Shown here in pieces: positions 61,222 to 64,000 of a DNA stretch of 64,000 bases (position 1 is its first letter; every line of letters begins with the position of its first letter). A program made the translations under genes and the position numbers. The notes under the pieces are model-generated. The model was not told the origin of the DNA. It made no database searches and worked only from the letters and a program-made list of their open reading frames with translations. Location: positions 1-64,000 of IMG/VR virus record IMGVR_UViG_3300035490_000323, one strand, 5' to 3'. Source of the DNA: a virus.

Positions 61222-62503
61222 CAGCCCTGTCCAGGCCATCAACCCCTCTACGGTGACGGTCACCGCCACGCCGGAGCCCGTGTCTTATGTTGTAGACAAC
61301 TCCAACACCAAGGATGTCAATGACCTAAGCGACATCCAGGTATCCAGGCCCTCGAACTCCCCCGTGCAGCCCATCCTCCTTCCTATCCGGGGAGAGAAGC
61401 GCTTCATCCCCGAGGACCCCCTGGCCCTGCTGGGGCAGTCGGCCCAGACATCGAGCGCCTTCGGCCCCTACGCCCAGAACGGGGCGGCGAACGCCTCCTT
61501 CTTCACCACGGCGGCCACGGAGCCGTTCACGGACTGGGTCACGGTACGGGTCCCCCACCGTGGGGTATCCTCCAGCTACAGCACCTCCTCCCCGGCATAC
61601 GACCCGCACCTGACGGCCACCTACAGGTTCCTCATCAACCCGAACACCGCCCAGATATCCAGGAACACCGAGGACTCCCAGGCATTCGCCCGTGGGGGAT
61701 GGCAGTTCGGGGTATGGGGGGAGGGGCTTATCCATGTCGCTATGGCAGGCCACACCCCCGGCTACTACTGGGCGAAGGGGCTGACGGACGAGTATGCCTA
61801 CTTCACCGAGTCATGGAGGAACCTCCAGCAGCTAGTCATCGTCTTCGAGAACAACGGCTACTGGTTCGAGGGCGAGGAGGCCAACGAGGGGCCGCTTGCC
61901 CCAGGGTTCACCCGCAGGCGCATAAAGAAGCACCAGGATATCCAGCTCGTGGCCGCCAACTACATCTGGTACGGGATGTTCGACAACCTTACCGTCACCC
62001 TGGACGCCGAGCACCCCTACCGGGCGGAGTTCAGCCTCTCCTTCCTGGCATGGAAGGAGCGCACCAGGCAGGGCTCCCCCTATAGCCAGTGGGGGATACA
62101 GAACAGCACGGAGAGGGGGCACTCCTACAGTGCGGTCTCCTCCCCCGGCGCAGTCCTGGTACCGCCGAGCAATGCAGGGCAGCTAACGGCGCTGCCTCTC
62201 TCCCTGTCCCCCAGCGGCCTGTCCTCCCTCTCCTCCACCACGCCCTCGGTCATCATGGACTCGGGCCCCCAGATTCCTCCGGCCAGCGGCAGGCCAGCAT
62301 CCTCTCCCCTTAGCGGCCTGTCTTCCCTTCTCTCTACCGTATCCTCGGTCGTCAAGGGCTCGCGCTCCCTGGCGCTCCCGTCCGCCCTCTCGCTATCCCC
62401 TGCCGTGGCATCCGAGGGGGCATCCCAGTACCTTGTCTCCGGGGGCAGCGGCAGTGCTACCCCCAACCTGGGCCTGTTCTCCCCTAGCGAGGTGTTTGCA
62501 TAA
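61214..62503 (+). CDS. Baseplate/tail-tube-initiator-like protein
   Basis: FLINP...WGE...GMFDNLTVTLDAEHPYRAEFSLSF; paralogous in pattern to the C-terminus of the 59000 gene; ATG 61214. Confidence 0.55.
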   Translation: MSSSPVQAINPSTVTVTATPEPVSYVVDNSNTKDVNDLSDIQVSRPSNSPVQPILLPIRGEKRFIPEDPLALLGQSAQTSSAFGPYAQNGAANASFFTTAATEPFTDWVTVRVPHRGVSSSYSTSSPAYDPHLTATYRFLINPNTAQISRNTEDSQAFARGGWQFGVWGEGLIHVAMAGHTPGYYWAKGLTDEYAYFTESWRNLQQLVIVFENNGYWFEGEEANEGPLAPGFTRRRIKKHQDIQLVAANYIWYGMFDNLTVTLDAEHPYRAEFSLSFLAWKERTRQGSPYSQWGIQNSTERGHSYSAVSSPGAVLVPPSNAGQLTALPLSLSPSGLSSLSSTTPSVIMDSGPQIPPASGRPASSPLSGLSSLLSTVSSVVKGSRSLALPSALSLSPAVASEGASQYLVSGGSGSATPNLGLFSPSEVFA

Positions 62504-64000
62504 TGGGAGACTTCCTCGGCATCGAGACCCCGAGCACCGTCCGGCAGCCCGAGCAGGTGGAGCCCCCCATGGCTTCTTCCCCTGCCTCTTCCAACAGCAT
62601 CAGGAACATAGCCCAGACGGTGCAGGAGAGGGAGATAGTCAAGACCTGCCCGGACGTGGTGGTGTACATCGAGGGCAAGCCCTATATCACCAACCCCTTC
62701 ATAAACCTCAACGACTCCAGGAACCAGTCCAACTCCCAGTCCACGTCCGTGCCGTTCAACGACTACATAGACTCGTTCTCGGTGTCCTACCAGGTTGACA
62801 ACCTTGTCCCGACCGCCAGCTTCAGCCTCAACATCCCGGCCAGCCGCAAGTACCTGTTCCAGGCACCGGGGGGCAACAATATCCTGGAGCCTATGATGCA
62901 GGTCCAGGTGTTCGCCAAGGGGTACTTCTTTGCCCAGAACGGCAATACCCTCTACTACCGTGTGTTCAAGGGCCTTATAACCAGCGTCTCCTATACGGAC
63001 ACGGGCACCGCCCTCCAGGTAGCGGTCAGTTGCAAGGGGACCATGCACTTCCTCGACCTGATGTACGTGGACCTCCAGACCTCGCAGATTACCAACTCCC
63101 CCACGCCCGTCACGCCCTTCAACAGCAACCAGTACTTGATGAGCCCCTACCAGATGCTCGCCGACATATTCACAAGGTCCGTCACCTTCGAGGGCTTCCA
63201 GCTAACCTCCATACAGCAGGACAGCCTGAAGGCCGGCACCTCCGACTGGAAGGACTCTGTCAAGGCCCAGTTCATCAGCAGGTGGCAGACAATCCTCACC
63301 AACGTGACAAGGGACGTCCGCATCCTGGGCTACGGCTACCAGGACATCACCGGCCTCCAGGACAGCCAGGCCCAGGTGGGGGTACTCTATGATACGTTCA
63401 CCGCCGAGCCTAAGGACGCCGTGGGGCAGATGGCGTATAACATGCGTGCGAGCACCAACAGCCGTGTCCCCCAGAAGTCCATCATAGCCCAGGCCAGCGA
63501 CAAGGACCTGTATATCAACATCATGCGCACCTACCTCCCCGACTTCCAGGTGGCCGCCGTCCAGCAGCTTGGGGGCAAGACAGTGCCCCGCTCGGAGAGG
63601 ATAAGGTTCATAGCCAACCTCATAGGCTACGAGGGGTACCAGGACCTTGACGGGGCCATCGTCTTTAAGCCCCCCTACTACAACCTGGACGTCACCAACC
63701 TGGGGACGGACCCCGCTGCGCAGGGGCAGGGCGGCAGCTTTACCAGCAGTGCGACGAGCGCTGCCAGCTACATAAGGGCCAATGCCAACCCCTTCGTGGT
63801 GTACCTGAGCGAGATAGAGACGGAGACGGAGGTGGAGGACGAGGCCAATGTCAGGGCCACCCGCATGTGCGTCCAGCCAGACTTCATGAGCAACCTCCAC
63901 TTTCCCTCGGCCGAGGGCCCCCAGGTGCTCCCTGTCGCCGACCATATCGACATCGCCAAGCTGGCCAAGTTCGGCCTGCGCGAGCAGCCCCTCCGCAACC
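62503..64000 (+). CDS. Baseplate hub protein (truncated at window end; absent from ORF track)
   Basis: ATG 62503 MGDFLGIETP...PDVVVYIEG...MMQVQVFAKGYF...YYRVFKGLI...YQDLDGAIVFKPPYYNLD...KFGLRE; frame open to the end. Confidence 0.65.
   Translation, partial: MGDFLGIETPSTVRQPEQVEPPMASSPASSNSIRNIAQTVQEREIVKTCPDVVVYIEGKPYITNPFINLNDSRNQSNSQSTSVPFNDYIDSFSVSYQVDNLVPTASFSLNIPASRKYLFQAPGGNNILEPMMQVQVFAKGYFFAQNGNTLYYRVFKGLITSVSYTDTGTALQVAVSCKGTMHFLDLMYVDLQTSQITNSPTPVTPFNSNQYLMSPYQMLADIFTRSVTFEGFQLTSIQQDSLKAGTSDWKDSVKAQFISRWQTILTNVTRDVRILGYGYQDITGLQDSQAQVGVLYDTFTAEPKDAVGQMAYNMRASTNSRVPQKSIIAQASDKDLYINIMRTYLPDFQVAAVQQLGGKTVPRSERIRFIANLIGYEGYQDLDGAIVFKPPYYNLDVTNLGTDPAAQGQGGSFTSSATSAASYIRANANPFVVYLSEIETETEVEDEANVRATRMCVQPDFMSNLHFPSAEGPQVLPVADHIDIAKLAKFGLREQPLRN

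Overview
GC-rich fragment of a large (jumbo-like, probably contractile-tailed) bacteriophage genome, standard genetic code; host possibly Acidobacteriota (weak inference from the tmRNA tag and He_PIG-type Ig proteins). Layout: (1) 1-22.4 kb: a + strand cluster of giant multi-domain 'polyvalent' proteins (InPase, NTase, GNAT, SprT, papain-like, GIY-YIG, four PcfJ-like modules, about nine ADP-ribosyltransferase-like domains, HAD, gp88-like), with domains joined by recurring K/R-x-A linkers; (2) 22.4-38.6 kb: mostly - strand accessory genes (HNH, a capsid-protein paralogue with a Tat-like signal, CCA-adding enzyme, Ig/Fn3 proteins, Gly-Tyr-Thr collagen-like fibres, phosphoesterase); (3) 38.6-43.0 kb: an RNA island with RNase P RNA, tmRNA, 17 tRNAs and many unexplained hairpin RNAs; (4) 43-52 kb: NADAR, Ntn peptidase, class II RNR, a replication initiator with iterons and a DnaB-like helicase; (5) 52-64 kb: tail chaperones, tape measure and baseplate genes. 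Main finding: the tRNA operon (all 12 anticodons bacteria normally use for GNN codons, plus Cys and Ile-UAU) is preceded by a 31-codon leader peptide whose 15-codon core uses only codons read by those tRNAs. The leader overlaps protector, antiterminator and terminator hairpins, so it looks like a ribosome-stalling attenuator that senses tRNA shortage and switches on the matching phage tRNAs. All domain calls are by motif recognition; no database searches were run.
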